From the IMG/VR virus record IMGVR_UViG_3300008259_002461: DNA of 64,000 bases, one strand, 5' to 3'. Both the position numbers and the translations under genes were made by a program. The stretch is from a virus (Duplodnaviria; Caudoviricetes). Under the pieces are notes generated by a model. It ran no database searches, was not told the origin of the DNA, and saw nothing but the letters and a program-made list of their open reading frames with translations. Below are positions 16,823 to 28,387 of this stretch, in pieces. Every line of letters begins with the position of its first letter. Positions within the stretch are counted from its first letter, which is position 1.

Positions 16823-17657
16823 TTGACAATCTCTTAACTGTTATTGCACCAACCATCGGTGTAAAGCTAGGACACTGATACCTATAATTTCCAGAAATTG
16901 TTTCTGGTACTCTCCAATACAATGTACCACTGTCTTTATTTTGAGCAGCACTGCCTGTGGATACAGTTCCGTCTATAGCTACATGAACGAGTCCAGTGTT
17001 ATAAGCTACTCCAGTAGGATCTTGTATTTGAAAAGGCAAACTAGGTATTGCAGCTAAATGAAATGCTATAGTAGCTCCCGCCAAGGCATATATTGTAGGA
17101 TTGTTACCTGAGTAATGACTGTTGAATGTGTATGCTGTAGTACCTACATTATCAACACGCAACGTTGCCATTGCTGGTTCGTAGACTTGATCAATTGTTA
17201 TATTTGCTGTATCTACGTCTGCTAGATTAGCAAACGATGTGGACTCTGCAAAAGAATTACTAATTGTTATATTTCCATCTGCATCTGTTGCTGTTTCAAT
17301 ACCAGCGCCGCCTATAAACTGTACTGTTTCTCCTTGGCTAATAGGTATTTGTGCAGAATCGTCAGCAGCAATACTGAACACATTTGATAAATTTAAATTT
17401 GCATTAAATGTAATTGAATCAGTAACAGGATTTGTAGTTATAGAGATATTATTCCCTGCAATTAAATCTAACACATGTGATGTAGAGTCTGCAATAATAC
17501 TTGGTTGACCATTAGTTGATATAATTCCAAATGCATTATTAGCCTGTGACAGTGTAGAGAAACTTACATTCCATGCAGTGCCGTCATAGACCCAAGTAGA
17601 GTTACCAGATGTGTATACTGCGTTAGTTTGTGGATTGCTTGGAAAATTTAATGCCAT
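16815..17657 (-). CDS. Virion fibre-associated protein with C-terminal cupredoxin-like domain; start revised to 17657 (MALNFP)
   Basis: AGGA RBS before 17657; N-terminal FPSNP...TWVYDGTAW; C-terminal PFQI...LYWRVP...YQC...MVGAI. Confidence 0.65.
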   Translation of the reverse strand: MALNFPSNPQTNAVYTSGNSTWVYDGTAWNVSFSTLSQANNAFGIISTNGQPSIIADSTSHVLDLIAGNNISITTNPVTDSITFNANLNLSNVFSIAADDSAQIPISQGETVQFIGGAGIETATDADGNITISNSFAESTSFANLADVDTANITIDQVYEPAMATLRVDNVGTTAYTFNSHYSGNNPTIYALAGATIAFHLAAIPSLPFQIQDPTGVAYNTGLVHVAIDGTVSTGSAAQNKDSGTLYWRVPETISGNYRYQCPSFTPMVGAITVKRLSTI

Positions 17658-17668
17658 TTGATATCCTA

Positions 17669-18772
17669 TTATGCGTAAGTAGTTAAACTGCCTAGTACAG
17701 TCCAAGCAGAATCAGCTCTAATCAAAGTAAAACTAACTACATCAATTTGATTTGCTGTTCCAGCGGGCACTGTGCCGCCTTGATATTTTATTGTTTGCGT
17801 AACACCGTTAATTTGTATTGTAGAAGGAACTCTTGGAGTAGCTCCTTGAACTAAAATTAATACAGCAGAATTTGTTCTGTTGTTTGTTGTTGGAACATTT
17901 GTAAAATTAGCAGTAAAATTTGCATCTATACTTGTATGATAGAATATAGCACCTGTAGAATAATCATGTTCTACAACTCCGGTCGCGTCTACTTTTGAAT
18001 TAAAAACTTCGCTAGTTTGTTGAATGATTGTTAAACCAGACAACGTAGTATCTGTAAAAGTAGAATCAGTTAAGATGTTACTTATTGATGTGTCAACATA
18101 TGTTTTGACTGCCCCTTCAGTTGGAACCGCTGAATTACTAGCGTCAACTAATCCCGAGTCTATAGAAAATTCATCAATAGCTACTCCTAGGGTAAATCCT
18201 AGAGCTCCTATTTGTGTGAGTGTTATTTCCGCAGTAACACTTAACGTGCCGTCTGGGCTTACTGATAGACCTACACCAGGTTTTACAATTCCAGCTACTT
18301 GACTAGTTGCAATTCCTGGTATTGTTGGCTTATTTGATAAGTCACTGTAATTTCCAGACAACGCCACTACAGATAATGTAGGAAGTGTGACTGGCGGAAC
18401 AGCTGGCTGGATCCATTGCGAACTAGTTCCATCATTAACATATACGTATAGATAACCGTTAGTAGTATTTAACCATAAATTACCGTTGCCGGGGGTGGCG
18501 GGTACTGTTGTGCTTACAGAAATTGATGTTCCGCCGCCACTGCCACCGCCTACACCAGCTGAAGCTGCTTTGGCAGCAAATACACTATTAGATATATTGG
18601 ATAAATCTGTCTTAGCAATTTCAAAGCCACCACGATCTCGCCCACTAAATACTCGCAAGCTGTTAGTAGCACGATTAAAGAAAACTTCGCCGCTAGACCC
18701 CACATTTCGATCTAAAAAATCGTCTGCTCTAGGTATAATACGGATCCTATCTACTACAGGTGTTGTTGACAT
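17669..18772 (-). CDS. Virion fibre/baseplate-associated structural protein
   Basis: 367 aa Thr/Ser/Gly-rich; PGNGNLWLNT motif; GIVKPGVGLSVSPDGTL; beta-rich C-terminus. Confidence 0.6.
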   Translation of the reverse strand: MSTTPVVDRIRIIPRADDFLDRNVGSSGEVFFNRATNSLRVFSGRDRGGFEIAKTDLSNISNSVFAAKAASAGVGGGSGGGTSISVSTTVPATPGNGNLWLNTTNGYLYVYVNDGTSSQWIQPAVPPVTLPTLSVVALSGNYSDLSNKPTIPGIATSQVAGIVKPGVGLSVSPDGTLSVTAEITLTQIGALGFTLGVAIDEFSIDSGLVDASNSAVPTEGAVKTYVDTSISNILTDSTFTDTTLSGLTIIQQTSEVFNSKVDATGVVEHDYSTGAIFYHTSIDANFTANFTNVPTTNNRTNSAVLILVQGATPRVPSTIQINGVTQTIKYQGGTVPAGTANQIDVVSFTLIRADSAWTVLGSLTTYA

Positions 18773-18790
18773 GTTTAGTCCTCTATGTAG

Positions 18791-18797
18791 TATTTAT
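18791..18797 (-). promoter_or_regulatory. Late promoter motif ATAAATA
   Basis: 19 nt upstream of ATG 18772 with AGGA RBS between. Confidence 0.55.
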
Positions 18798-18815
18798 TTC
18801 GGACTGAGATCGTTT

Positions 18816-20470
<1,655 letters not shown>

Positions 20471-21043
20471 TTAGGGTACCCAATTAAAGTTAATAACTAG
20501 TCTATGGTCGTGTGCAATTGGGCTTGTACTAGAGTGATAAGTTAAGCCGTCAAAAATAACTAATCTATCTGCCTTAGGTGATACTGTTTGATCAACAGTA
20601 AATTTTTTATTTTTGCTCCACTCGTAACTTGACACACTTAAACTTTGATCTCGTTTTTCTTTATAAAATATTGTATCACCGTCACTGTCGTTTACATAGT
20701 AAAGAGCTGTCATGTGGCCGTCGTCCCAATCTACATGAGGTTCATGAATAATTGGATATGGAGTTCTTGTAGTAAAGCCTGCTCTGATTCTAATTAATTT
20801 ACTGAGCGACATTTGACTTTCGTACAGTGCCTTAATTAATATCGATTGTGCTAGAGACATTAACGGATTCATAATCTCATTATTATTGTACATCATCAGC
20901 ACCCATGACGGGTCATAAGGTTGTATTCTGTTGTCAAATTGATTATATGCAGTATTTCTTAAATAGAACCAAGGTTGGTCAAGCATTAAATTTTCTAAAT
21001 AGGATGCATTTGCTGGTGAAGTTACGTTGTCTATAACTTTCAT
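20471..21043 (-). CDS. Fe(II)/2-oxoglutarate oxygenase-like protein
   Basis: HVD...LYYVNDSDGDT...FDGLTYH...RLVINFN (HxD...H...R). Confidence 0.8.
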   Translation of the reverse strand: MKVIDNVTSPANASYLENLMLDQPWFYLRNTAYNQFDNRIQPYDPSWVLMMYNNNEIMNPLMSLAQSILIKALYESQMSLSKLIRIRAGFTTRTPYPIIHEPHVDWDDGHMTALYYVNDSDGDTIFYKEKRDQSLSVSSYEWSKNKKFTVDQTVSPKADRLVIFDGLTYHSSTSPIAHDHRLVINFNWVP

Positions 21044-21071
21044 ATCGTGTCCTTTACGTCAAACAAGCTGG

Positions 21072-21082
21072 TAAATATTTAT
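21072..21082. promoter_or_regulatory. Overlapping bidirectional late-promoter motifs TAAATATTTAT
   Basis: TAAATA on plus (21072-21077) before ATG 21083; ATAAATA on minus (21082-21076) before ATG 21043. Confidence 0.55.
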
Positions 21083-21832
21083 ATGATATTCAATAGCCCC
21101 GAAATAAAAATTAAATTTAAAACTTTTGATCCATTTGTTTTAAAAAATCTAGCACCACTATCTGCTCAAAAAAAATATCCTTCATGGTTTAAAGATACAC
21201 CACCATTTAGCGGCGGTGGCGCCATATCAACAAACTTTGAGCCTATTCTAGCTCCAACTATTCGACGATGTCCAGCAATAAATGATTATTTTTCAACTGG
21301 TGTAACTATACCTAACTGGACCGATTTAGAATTTTTTATTGACGGACCTAAAAAGTCAATGGAATGGCGTTACTCAAATAATTACACTTCTATGGAATTA
21401 GTACAGCCGCACGATTCTAGTCAGTTTCCGCAATTAGCAAACAAGTACCTTCATGCAAAAATTGTAAGTCCGTGGATAGCTGAATGTAATTCTGACATAA
21501 AATGGTTTTTAACTAAGCCTAGTTATTTTTCTGAGTTTGATGATCAGGATGTGTTGTTCTGTGACGGAGTTGTTCAATTTTACAACAACTTTGTAACTAA
21601 TGTAAACTTATTTTTTCCTATTAGAGATCAATCCTATACTGTGAAATTTTCAGCAGGTGAGCCTTTTCAGAAGTATATTCCGCTTACAGAAAAGACGGTA
21701 AATATTACTACTGAATATTGTACCCAAGAGTATTATGACCTCGCAGCACTAAAAGGAAGAAAAATTTCCTACCATCTGGGAAAACTATACAATATTTTTA
21801 AAAGAAATAACCGCAAGGAGAGAGAAAAATGA
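21083..21832 (+). CDS. Hypothetical phage protein; start revised to 21083 (MIFNSP)
   Basis: TIRRCPAINDYFSTGVTIPNWTD motif; first gene of the plus-strand enzyme operon. Confidence 0.7.
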   Translation: MIFNSPEIKIKFKTFDPFVLKNLAPLSAQKKYPSWFKDTPPFSGGGAISTNFEPILAPTIRRCPAINDYFSTGVTIPNWTDLEFFIDGPKKSMEWRYSNNYTSMELVQPHDSSQFPQLANKYLHAKIVSPWIAECNSDIKWFLTKPSYFSEFDDQDVLFCDGVVQFYNNFVTNVNLFFPIRDQSYTVKFSAGEPFQKYIPLTEKTVNITTEYCTQEYYDLAALKGRKISYHLGKLYNIFKRNNRKEREK

Positions 21833-22200
21833 GTACCACAAGAATAGTCAACGGCGTAGAATACACAATACCGCCAGGAACAGAACATATATGGACTGTG
21901 CCAGAAGAAGTAGTAGTAACTGCTCCTAGAGATGAAGTAACTGTAATTGATGCAATCAACGGTCTAAGAGTGCAGGCTATAGTTCGAAATCAAAATGAAG
22001 CAAGAATACTTGCGTTAACAGATCAATTAGCTAGTATTTGGCAAAACTTTGTAGACACTACAATTACCAAAGCTGAATTAACAACACAGGTTGGTAATTT
22101 TAGAAACACTGAACTAGAAAATACAGAAGGTGTTGATAATATAACTGTTCAATTTTTTGAAACAGTAATTCTTAAAATGTTAAGCGAAAGCAATCCATGA
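21829..22200 (+). CDS. Hypothetical small acidic protein
   Basis: 123 aa; ATGA overlaps with both neighbours. Confidence 0.7.
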   Translation: MSTTRIVNGVEYTIPPGTEHIWTVPEEVVVTAPRDEVTVIDAINGLRVQAIVRNQNEARILALTDQLASIWQNFVDTTITKAELTTQVGNFRNTELENTEGVDNITVQFFETVILKMLSESNP

Positions 22201-23795
22201 TAAAGCCAGTTAAAAAAATTATAATAGTAGGCGGCGGCAGCGCAGGTTGGATGAGTGCCGCTGCATTAATAAAAGCATATCCTGAAAAAGAGATTGTTGT
22301 AATTGAAAGTCCAAATGTTCCAATCGTAGGCGTAGGAGAAAGCACACTTGGCGGAATTAATGACTATTGTAAATTTTTAGAAATTGACGAAAAAGATTTC
22401 ATGACATTTACTGATGCAAGTTATAAAATGAGCATCAAGTTTACTGACTTTTACGAAAAAGATGCAGGTGGATTTCATTATCCGTTTGGAAGACCATTAA
22501 CACAAGGTACTATTAACGGAATGAATGATTGGCTCGTTAAAAAAGCACTATATCCAGATACTCCAATCGGTGATTATGTAAACTGCTTTTTTCCGGCCGC
22601 TGCTCTATGGGATCATAACAAGTTTGCGTTAAACAACTACGGACTTTTTGATAACTACGAACCAGACAATGATGTAGCATATCATTTTGATGCAACAAAA
22701 TTTGGTGCTTGGCTTAGAGAAAGATATTGCAAGCCTAGAGGTGTAAAACACATACCTACTACTGTAATAGATATTAAAGTAAACGAAAATGGTGTAGAAA
22801 AACTTGTACTTGAGTCAGGCGATGAAATTTCTGCTGATTTATATGTTGACTGTACTGGCTTCAAAAGTATTCTGTTAGCAGGCGCTCTAAAAGAAGAGTT
22901 TGTATCATATAGTAATATGTTGCCAAACAATAAAGCTATAGCAACTCGAATTCCATATAAAGATAAAGAAAAAGAATTAGAACCATTTACTAATAGTACA
23001 GCTATTGGCAATGGATGGGTATGGAATATTCCTAGTTGGGAACGCTTAGGTACAGGATATGTATATAGTGATAAATTTATTACTCCAAAAGATGCTAGAG
23101 AAGAATTTAAACAACATCTAATGAGCGATAAAATGGTAGTGCCTAGAACTAGAGAAGAAGTTGATGCTCTCGAGTTTAACGATATTAGTATGCGTGTTGG
23201 AATTCACAAAAGAACTTTTGTAAAAAATGTTGTTGCTATTGGATTATCTGCAGGATTTATTGAACCACTAGAATCAAATGGCTTGTATACTGTACACGAG
23301 TTTTTATTTAAATTAATTAAAACACTTGAGCGTCCAGCAATTACCCAATGGGATAAAGATGTATACAATGCAGCAACATTTGGTATGTGGAGAAATTTTG
23401 CACAATTTGTTGCAATGCACTACGCATTAAGTATCAGGGACGATACAGAATATTGGAAGGCTAATGCTAATCGAGTTTATTCTCCAGGCATGCCGTCATT
23501 AGAGCCAGAAACTGCTATAGGATTTTATAAACTTCAAGGCGCAAAAATGTTTGAGTACGGTCATGATTCAGACATAGCAGGAATTAATTGGATTAGTGTA
23601 GGAATGAATTATTTTGTTTCTGATAAGACAACTGTAACTCTTAGACAAAATTTAAGAAGAGAAAATTTTAGAATTACTTACGACCCTATTTTTAGAATGT
23701 GGGAAGAAAGAAAAGCTCGCTGGAATGAAAGTGCAAAAAATTACGGAAGTCTTTATCAATATTTAAAAGACAACATTCATAAAGGACAAGAATAA
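22197..23795 (+). CDS. Flavin-dependent halogenase 1 (tryptophan halogenase family)
   Basis: GGGSAG FAD motif, GVGEST, ASYKMSIKF (catalytic Lys position), WVWNIP, FIEPLESNG. Confidence 0.9.
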   Translation: MIKPVKKIIIVGGGSAGWMSAAALIKAYPEKEIVVIESPNVPIVGVGESTLGGINDYCKFLEIDEKDFMTFTDASYKMSIKFTDFYEKDAGGFHYPFGRPLTQGTINGMNDWLVKKALYPDTPIGDYVNCFFPAAALWDHNKFALNNYGLFDNYEPDNDVAYHFDATKFGAWLRERYCKPRGVKHIPTTVIDIKVNENGVEKLVLESGDEISADLYVDCTGFKSILLAGALKEEFVSYSNMLPNNKAIATRIPYKDKEKELEPFTNSTAIGNGWVWNIPSWERLGTGYVYSDKFITPKDAREEFKQHLMSDKMVVPRTREEVDALEFNDISMRVGIHKRTFVKNVVAIGLSAGFIEPLESNGLYTVHEFLFKLIKTLERPAITQWDKDVYNAATFGMWRNFAQFVAMHYALSIRDDTEYWKANANRVYSPGMPSLEPETAIGFYKLQGAKMFEYGHDSDIAGINWISVGMNYFVSDKTTVTLRQNLRRENFRITYDPIFRMWEERKARWNESAKNYGSLYQYLKDNIHKGQE

Positions 23796-23796
23796 T

Positions 23797-24429
23797 ATGT
23801 TGGTTAACAATATTTTTGCTGGAAGGCTTGAACCGTCAGCTACTGTAGGCGGGTGCATAGATATTTTTGAAAATGCTTGGCCTGAGCCAGAGTTAACTAT
23901 TGCAAGGATTGAACAAGAGTGTTCAAATATTAATTCAGGTGTTGGTTGGAGTAGAGCAGGAACCGTAGGTCAAGGGCATCGACAACAAGCTCGTACTAAT
24001 TTAGGGTTAGGTATTACCTTAGGCGGCGAATCTGTTGATAGTCAAACTATGAAAGACATACACAATCAAATGTATTTTCTTTTATTAGCATCTACAATTC
24101 CGTATACTGAACGATATGAAATGAATGAATACTTGTATCATGAACCGTACCAAGCATTAAAATATAGAGACGGTGAAGAATATAAAGCACATTACGACGG
24201 TGGAACTCAATCAGGTAGATGTATTAGTGCAGTCGTATATCTCAACGACGAATACGAAGGTGGACACATTGAGTTTCCTAATTTTAAAATTAAGATAAAA
24301 CCTCAAAAAGGTATGTTGATTTTATTTCCATCTAATTTTGCGTATAAACATGTTGCACATCCTGTAACACAAGGAACAAAATATAGTCTAGTTACTTGGA
24401 TTCACGATCGTCCAATTCAAGGAATGTAA
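23797..24429 (+). CDS. Fe(II)/2OG oxygenase, prolyl-4-hydroxylase-like
   Basis: HYD...SAVVYLNDEYEGG...PQKGMLILFPS...H...V..GTKYSLVTW. Confidence 0.88.
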   Translation: MLVNNIFAGRLEPSATVGGCIDIFENAWPEPELTIARIEQECSNINSGVGWSRAGTVGQGHRQQARTNLGLGITLGGESVDSQTMKDIHNQMYFLLLASTIPYTERYEMNEYLYHEPYQALKYRDGEEYKAHYDGGTQSGRCISAVVYLNDEYEGGHIEFPNFKIKIKPQKGMLILFPSNFAYKHVAHPVTQGTKYSLVTWIHDRPIQGM

Positions 24430-24431
24430 CA

Positions 24432-25079
24432 ATGACTAATGCGGATCTTTTTCAAAAAAATAAGTATGTGCAAGTTAATAATGTATTGTCGCCCGAGCTG
24501 ATCAATATAGCAACTACCTATGCGTTATTAGATGAAAGAAATGATCTATCATTAGAGGAAGGCGACTCTCCACAAATTCATAATTCGCATAGCAAGTATG
24601 CTGATACGTTAATAGAAGCTTTTTTATTGTATCTGCATCCTATGATGGAAGAAAATACAGGTCTTAAGTTACATCCAACCTATTCGTATTATAGAGTTTA
24701 CAAACCTGGCGCTGATTTAGTAAAACACATCGATCGTCCTAGTTGCGAAATTTCTACTACAGTTACCTTAGGTTTTGATTATAAGGGTGCTGATTACGAA
24801 TGGCCTATATTTGTTGGCGATGCTAGATGTGCTATGCAGCCAGGTGATCTTGTAATTTATAGAGGCTGTGAAGTAGAACATTGGCGCGAAGTATTTGATG
24901 CTCCGACTAATTCGTTTCATGTGCAATTTTTCTGTCATTATGTTGATGCTAACGGACCGTATGCAGATTTTAAGTTTGATAAAAGACCGTTTATTGGATA
25001 TGATAAAGAAGGTAAATTAAACAAAACTGTTTCCAAACATTATTTTCCAAACAAAAAATATTTGACATTTACAGGATAG
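24432..25079 (+). CDS. Fe(II)/2OG oxygenase (PKHD-type-like); start revised to 24432
   Basis: KHIDRPSCEISTT...WPIFV...PGDLVIYRGCEVEHWRE...FFCHYVD. Confidence 0.8.
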   Translation: MTNADLFQKNKYVQVNNVLSPELINIATTYALLDERNDLSLEEGDSPQIHNSHSKYADTLIEAFLLYLHPMMEENTGLKLHPTYSYYRVYKPGADLVKHIDRPSCEISTTVTLGFDYKGADYEWPIFVGDARCAMQPGDLVIYRGCEVEHWREVFDAPTNSFHVQFFCHYVDANGPYADFKFDKRPFIGYDKEGKLNKTVSKHYFPNKKYLTFTG

Positions 25080-25080
25080 T

Positions 25081-25644
25081 ATGATAGAAGTATTTGATAA
25101 TATTCTATCCGCCGAAGAGTGTGATCACATAGAGCAGTTTTTAAGAGATCCAAAATTTCCTTGGTTTTTATCTATAGGACACAATCATTGTACAACAGAT
25201 TTTGATAATATTAAAAAAAATTCAAACTCTTGGTCTGGTGAAGCACTGTTACTTACACATGTATTTTATCTTGATAAATTAAAAAATTCTGATAATTATC
25301 TATTGTCAGATTTTATATTAAATAGATTCTTAGATCGTTCTAAAATTCAATTTACAGAACTATTTAGATCTAAAGCAAATCTACAACCAGCATCGCATAA
25401 TGCTAATCAAATATATACAACTCCACACATTGATGGTAATAGTGACCATAAAGTCCTAATATATTATGCCAACAACTGCGACGGAGATACGTTTATTTTT
25501 AATGATCATGCTACAGGATCTATACTAAAACAAGTTACTCCTAAAAAGGGAAGATTTTTATTATTTGATGGAAATCTATATCACGCTGCTGGCTTTCCAA
25601 GCGAATCAAATTTTAGACTTAATGTAAATTTTAATTTAATATGA
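25081..25644 (+). CDS. Fe(II)/2OG oxygenase-like protein, paralog of 20471 and 27800
   Basis: PHID...LIYYANNCDGDT...FDGNLYHA...RLNVNFN. Confidence 0.8.
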   Translation: MIEVFDNILSAEECDHIEQFLRDPKFPWFLSIGHNHCTTDFDNIKKNSNSWSGEALLLTHVFYLDKLKNSDNYLLSDFILNRFLDRSKIQFTELFRSKANLQPASHNANQIYTTPHIDGNSDHKVLIYYANNCDGDTFIFNDHATGSILKQVTPKKGRFLLFDGNLYHAAGFPSESNFRLNVNFNLI

Positions 25645-26231
25645 TACACGGTAAAATAGAAGATTTTATTGGCATTTACGAAAATGCTGTTAGTGCAGAA
25701 CATTGCAATGCTATGATCAACTACTTTGAAAGTCTTAGAGACTATAATCTTGTTATTGATCAAGATCAATATACTACACAAGCTACTGTAAGAAAAGACG
25801 AATCAGTATTTTTATGCCACCCTGATGTAATAACATTGCCTAAAGGTTCACCTATTATTTTTCCGTTTGCAGACGCATTATGGAAATGCTACGAAGATTA
25901 TACTAAAGAGTTTGAAATGCTAAGAACTGCTGCCAAACACGGTTTTTATATGTTGCGTATACAGCGAACTGATAAAGGCGGAGGCTTTCATAATTGGCAT
26001 TTTGAAAATACTGGAAATGAAACATCAAATAGATTAGTCACATTTATGATGTATCTTAACGATGTAGAAGAAGGAGGTGAAACAGAATTCCTTTATCTCC
26101 ATAAAAGAATAAAACCTAAAGCAGGTACTATGCTAATATGGCCGTCTACCTATACACACACGCATCGAGGAAATCCTCCGCTAAGTGGAACAAAGTATAT
26201 TATAACAGGATGGTTAACATACTTTGAATAA
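25641..26231 (+). CDS. Fe(II)/2OG oxygenase, prolyl-4-hydroxylase-like
   Basis: WHFE...FMMYLNDVEEGGETEF...PKAGTMLIWP..YTHTHRGNPP...KYIITGW. Confidence 0.88.
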   Translation: MIHGKIEDFIGIYENAVSAEHCNAMINYFESLRDYNLVIDQDQYTTQATVRKDESVFLCHPDVITLPKGSPIIFPFADALWKCYEDYTKEFEMLRTAAKHGFYMLRIQRTDKGGGFHNWHFENTGNETSNRLVTFMMYLNDVEEGGETEFLYLHKRIKPKAGTMLIWPSTYTHTHRGNPPLSGTKYIITGWLTYFE

Positions 26232-26237
26232 GTTAAT

Positions 26238-27800
26238 ATGATTCATATAGATAAAAATTTTAAATTTGTAATTGTAGGCGGAGGTAGTGCTGGATGGATT
26301 TCTGCACTATTTGTTCGTGCAAACTTTCCTGATAGTCAGATCACTGTTATACAAAGTAGCGAAATAGGAATACTTGGAGCAGGTGAAGGTACTACTCCTC
26401 ATATTATAGATTTTTTAGATGAAATTGATGTTCCTGTAAGCAGACTAATCAAGGATGCAAAAGCAGTTTTAAAAAGCGGTATTAAATTTTCTAATTGGAA
26501 CGGTGATAGAAAATACTACTACCATTCGTTTATGGATAACCCAGAGTTGGATCATACTATATTCAGCGAATTAAAGCACACAAAGTTACCATTATTAGAT
26601 CTCGAAGTGATTGCTAACGGAGGATCATTAGATGACATAGGTTTTAATTCAGCAGCGTCTGATAGAAATTGTGTGAGATTTATTCCTAATCCATCTGCTA
26701 CTAACAAAGATTTAGATCCTATACTACACTTTACTAGATTAGGAAGAACTGCGCTTCATTTTGATGCTAACTTACTAGCATCGTGTCTTGAAAATATAGG
26801 CAGGTCAAGAGGCATTAATGTCATAGACGGCATTGTTACAAACTTTACTACTACAGACAGTGGACATATTACATCAGTTAATATTGATTCAAAAAAGATT
26901 GAATGCGATTTTGTGTTTGATTGTTCGGGCTTTAAGAGATTAGCCATTGGTAATTTGTATAAAACGCCATGGAAAAGTTACAAAGAGTATTTGCCTGCAA
27001 AGCGAGCAATGCCATTCTTTATTCCAAATAACTCACAAATAATTCCTCCTTACACAGATTCAACCGCTATGAAATGGGGATGGATGTGGAAAATTCCAGT
27101 TCAAGGCAGATTTGGTTGCGGATATGTTTATGATAGCGATAGAGTTTCTGATGAAGATGCCAAAGCAGAACTAGATCAAGAAATAGGTATTGAGGTTGAA
27201 GTGCCTAGGATATTAAACTTTGAACCAGGTAGATTTGAAAAAATATATGAAAAGAATTGTTTAGCTATTGGACTAAGTTCGGGCTTTATAGAACCGTTAG
27301 AGGCTACCTCTATATGGACGTCATTGATGATGCTGAATGCATGGATAGAAAATCCGGCGGCCATAACACATAACGATCAGACTGCTAGAGATAAAGTTAA
27401 TCAACGGCATTGTGACATGAACGATAACACTCTAGGATTTGTTTATTTTCATTATATCACAAAAAGGGATGACACTACGTTTTGGAGTAATTTCACTAAA
27501 GACAATAAGATTCCAGCATCGTTGCATAAGTTATTAGAAGAATCAAAACACACAATACCTAGTTATGATATGTTTTCTAACATAGGTCTAGACTGGGCTG
27601 CAAAGAGCTTTTTAGCATGCGGTAATGGACAAAAGTTTTTTAATCCTGATCATGCTAAAAAAATATTTGATGCTTACTATAATGGTAAAAGAAAAGACGA
27701 TTATGATCTATTAAAGTATCAGTACTTTAGAAATATTAATTTAAATTTAACAACATTAATAGATCACTATTCTTTTATAGAATATATGAGAAATAATTAA
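26238..27800 (+). CDS. Flavin-dependent halogenase 2 (tryptophan halogenase family)
   Basis: GGGSAG, GAGEGT, AVLKSGIKF, WMWKIP, FIEPLEATS. Confidence 0.9.
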   Translation: MIHIDKNFKFVIVGGGSAGWISALFVRANFPDSQITVIQSSEIGILGAGEGTTPHIIDFLDEIDVPVSRLIKDAKAVLKSGIKFSNWNGDRKYYYHSFMDNPELDHTIFSELKHTKLPLLDLEVIANGGSLDDIGFNSAASDRNCVRFIPNPSATNKDLDPILHFTRLGRTALHFDANLLASCLENIGRSRGINVIDGIVTNFTTTDSGHITSVNIDSKKIECDFVFDCSGFKRLAIGNLYKTPWKSYKEYLPAKRAMPFFIPNNSQIIPPYTDSTAMKWGWMWKIPVQGRFGCGYVYDSDRVSDEDAKAELDQEIGIEVEVPRILNFEPGRFEKIYEKNCLAIGLSSGFIEPLEATSIWTSLMMLNAWIENPAAITHNDQTARDKVNQRHCDMNDNTLGFVYFHYITKRDDTTFWSNFTKDNKIPASLHKLLEESKHTIPSYDMFSNIGLDWAAKSFLACGNGQKFFNPDHAKKIFDAYYNGKRKDDYDLLKYQYFRNINLNLTTLIDHYSFIEYMRNN

Positions 27801-28387
27801 TGATTGTAAATAACGTTCTTTCTACTAACGATTATAACAACTTATACAATCTAGTATCGGGCGTAAACTTCCCGTGGTATTATCAACCTGATATAGCATT
27901 TAGAGGGTTTGATGAGCCTGTGCAAGATCCACGTATGTTTCCTAGTCATGGTTTTACTCATGTAGTATGGGATTGTGATCAAGGAAAAGTATCAGATGTT
28001 TTGCAATTTGTAGCACCAATTATTGAAAGTTTTCAAAAACAACTTGGTGTTAAAATTAATAATTTTTTAAGAATAAAAATAAATTTACAAACACCAATTA
28101 TTGGATATACTAACGATCACTATAATGGCCCGCATATTGATAGATTTGATCCGCACAAAACACTCATCTATTATCTTAATGACAGTGACGGTGATACTTT
28201 CATTTTTAATAAAGAATACAATCCTAACGATAAATCAACTTGGCATCCAGTTAGTCCGGATATTAAAGAAAGAGTTACTCCAATTGCAAATTCTTTATAT
28301 TTTTTAGAAAACGGATTCACTTATCATTCAGGAAGCAATCCAGTTAATAGTCCAAGAAGAATCACAATTAATATCAATTACAACTAA
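27800..28387 (+). CDS. Fe(II)/2OG oxygenase-like protein, paralog of 20471 and 25081
   Basis: PHID...LIYYLNDSDGDT...YHSGSNP...RITININ. Confidence 0.8.
   Translation: MIVNNVLSTNDYNNLYNLVSGVNFPWYYQPDIAFRGFDEPVQDPRMFPSHGFTHVVWDCDQGKVSDVLQFVAPIIESFQKQLGVKINNFLRIKINLQTPIIGYTNDHYNGPHIDRFDPHKTLIYYLNDSDGDTFIFNKEYNPNDKSTWHPVSPDIKERVTPIANSLYFLENGFTYHSGSNPVNSPRRITININYN

Noticed and set aside
18776-18805. T4-style hairpin sequestering the RBS in early transcripts (AGTCC...GGACT around the late promoter)
   Set aside because: Only 5 bp with a 19-nt loop; too weak to support without conservation data
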